Positions 27,122 to 27,555 of a stretch of 27,555 nucleotides of DNA are shown in pieces. The DNA is taken from positions 1 through 27,555 of the IMG/VR virus record IMGVR_UViG_3300050331_000011. The stretch is one strand, 5' to 3'. The notes under the pieces were generated by a model that was not told where the DNA came from, searched no databases, and saw nothing but the letters and a program-made list of their open reading frames with translations. Positions within the stretch are counted from its first letter, which is position 1; each line of letters begins with the position of its first letter. The position numbers were made by a program, and so were the translations under genes. The stretch comes from a virus (lineage: Duplodnaviria; Caudoviricetes).

Positions 27122-27210
27122 AACGAGCCCTCCTTCTGATGTCGCCAGGACAGTTGCCCCCGACGCCTTACAGAATGGCTCGCCAGCGAAAAAAGTTAAG
27201 TCCGCCGCCC

Positions 27211-27264
27211 ACTGAACCCCTTCAGCCTGTCCTCTCCCCACCCCGCCACTAGAGTGGCGGCATG
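27211..27264 (+). promoter_or_regulatory. Putative late promoter, copy 3
   Basis: ACTGAAccccTTCAGCCTGTCC..ccgccacTAGAGTggcggcATG directly before gp46. Confidence 0.7.
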
Positions 27265-27555
27265 GCGGACGCATACCTTGACCCCACCACCGGCGGCTAC
27301 GTGCTGGCCGACGGCGCGCTGATTCCAGACCCGGCGCGCGGCCTGGCCAACGCCGTGTTTCTGCGGCTCATGACGCCGCTGGGCAGCTATTGGGTGGACG
27401 CGGCCTTTGGCTCGCGCCTGCACGAGTTGGCGCGCGAGAAGGACGTGGAGCGCGTGGCCGTGCTGGCCAAGGCGTACAGCGAGCAAGCCCTTCAGCCGCT
27501 GCTGGATGACGGCCGCGCCACGGCCATCACCGTGGCCACTGAGCGCAAGCACGAC
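27262..27555 (+). CDS. Baseplate wedge protein (Mu gp46-like), 3'-truncated
   Basis: Translated by hand: MADAYLDPTTGGY..LANAVFLRLMTPLGSYWVDAAFGSRLHELAREKD..EQALQPLLDDGRA; open to the window end. Confidence 0.88.
   Translation, partial: MADAYLDPTTGGYVLADGALIPDPARGLANAVFLRLMTPLGSYWVDAAFGSRLHELAREKDVERVAVLAKAYSEQALQPLLDDGRATAITVATERKHD

Larger units (their letters stand above)
1..27555 (+). mobile_element. Mu-like transposable prophage (myovirus type), internal segment
   Basis: Transposase + AAA ATPase, gemA/mor, lysis, head and contractile tail genes in Mu-like synteny; first and last genes run off the window edges. Confidence 0.97.

Noticed and set aside
1-27555. Mu ends, repressor/ner, invertase, mom or a diversity-generating retroelement
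   Set aside because: None visible; these modules would lie outside the window

Overview
The whole window is the internal part of a GC-rich Mu-like (transposable, contractile-tailed) prophage; both prophage ends lie outside it. Almost all genes are on the + strand in Mu order: DDE transposase A (5'-truncated), AAA+ transposition ATPase B, early/middle genes (DUF3164, gemA, Mor/C-family activator), accessory genes, lysis (holin, SLT endolysin, overlapping spanins), terminase, portal, MuF, gpG, protease/scaffold, capsid, neck, sheath, tube, tail chaperone, tape measure, gpN, baseplate hub, spike and gp46 (3'-truncated). The most interesting signals are non-coding. (1) Two type II hammerhead ribozymes bracket exactly the gemA-mor gene pair and would excise a 994-nt, potentially circularisable RNA. 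(2) A tRNA-like cloverleaf lacking an anticodon loop, with its own candidate sigma70 promoter, lies convergent to a MuF gene with a putative PBECR-like nuclease tail and no downstream immunity ORF; it is a candidate RNA antitoxin or decoy. (3) Three copies of a late-promoter motif have their -10-like hexamer inside an inverted repeat ending at an ATG. Several single-base homopolymer frameshifts look like sequencing errors. All family assignments come from motif recognition and synteny, not database searches.
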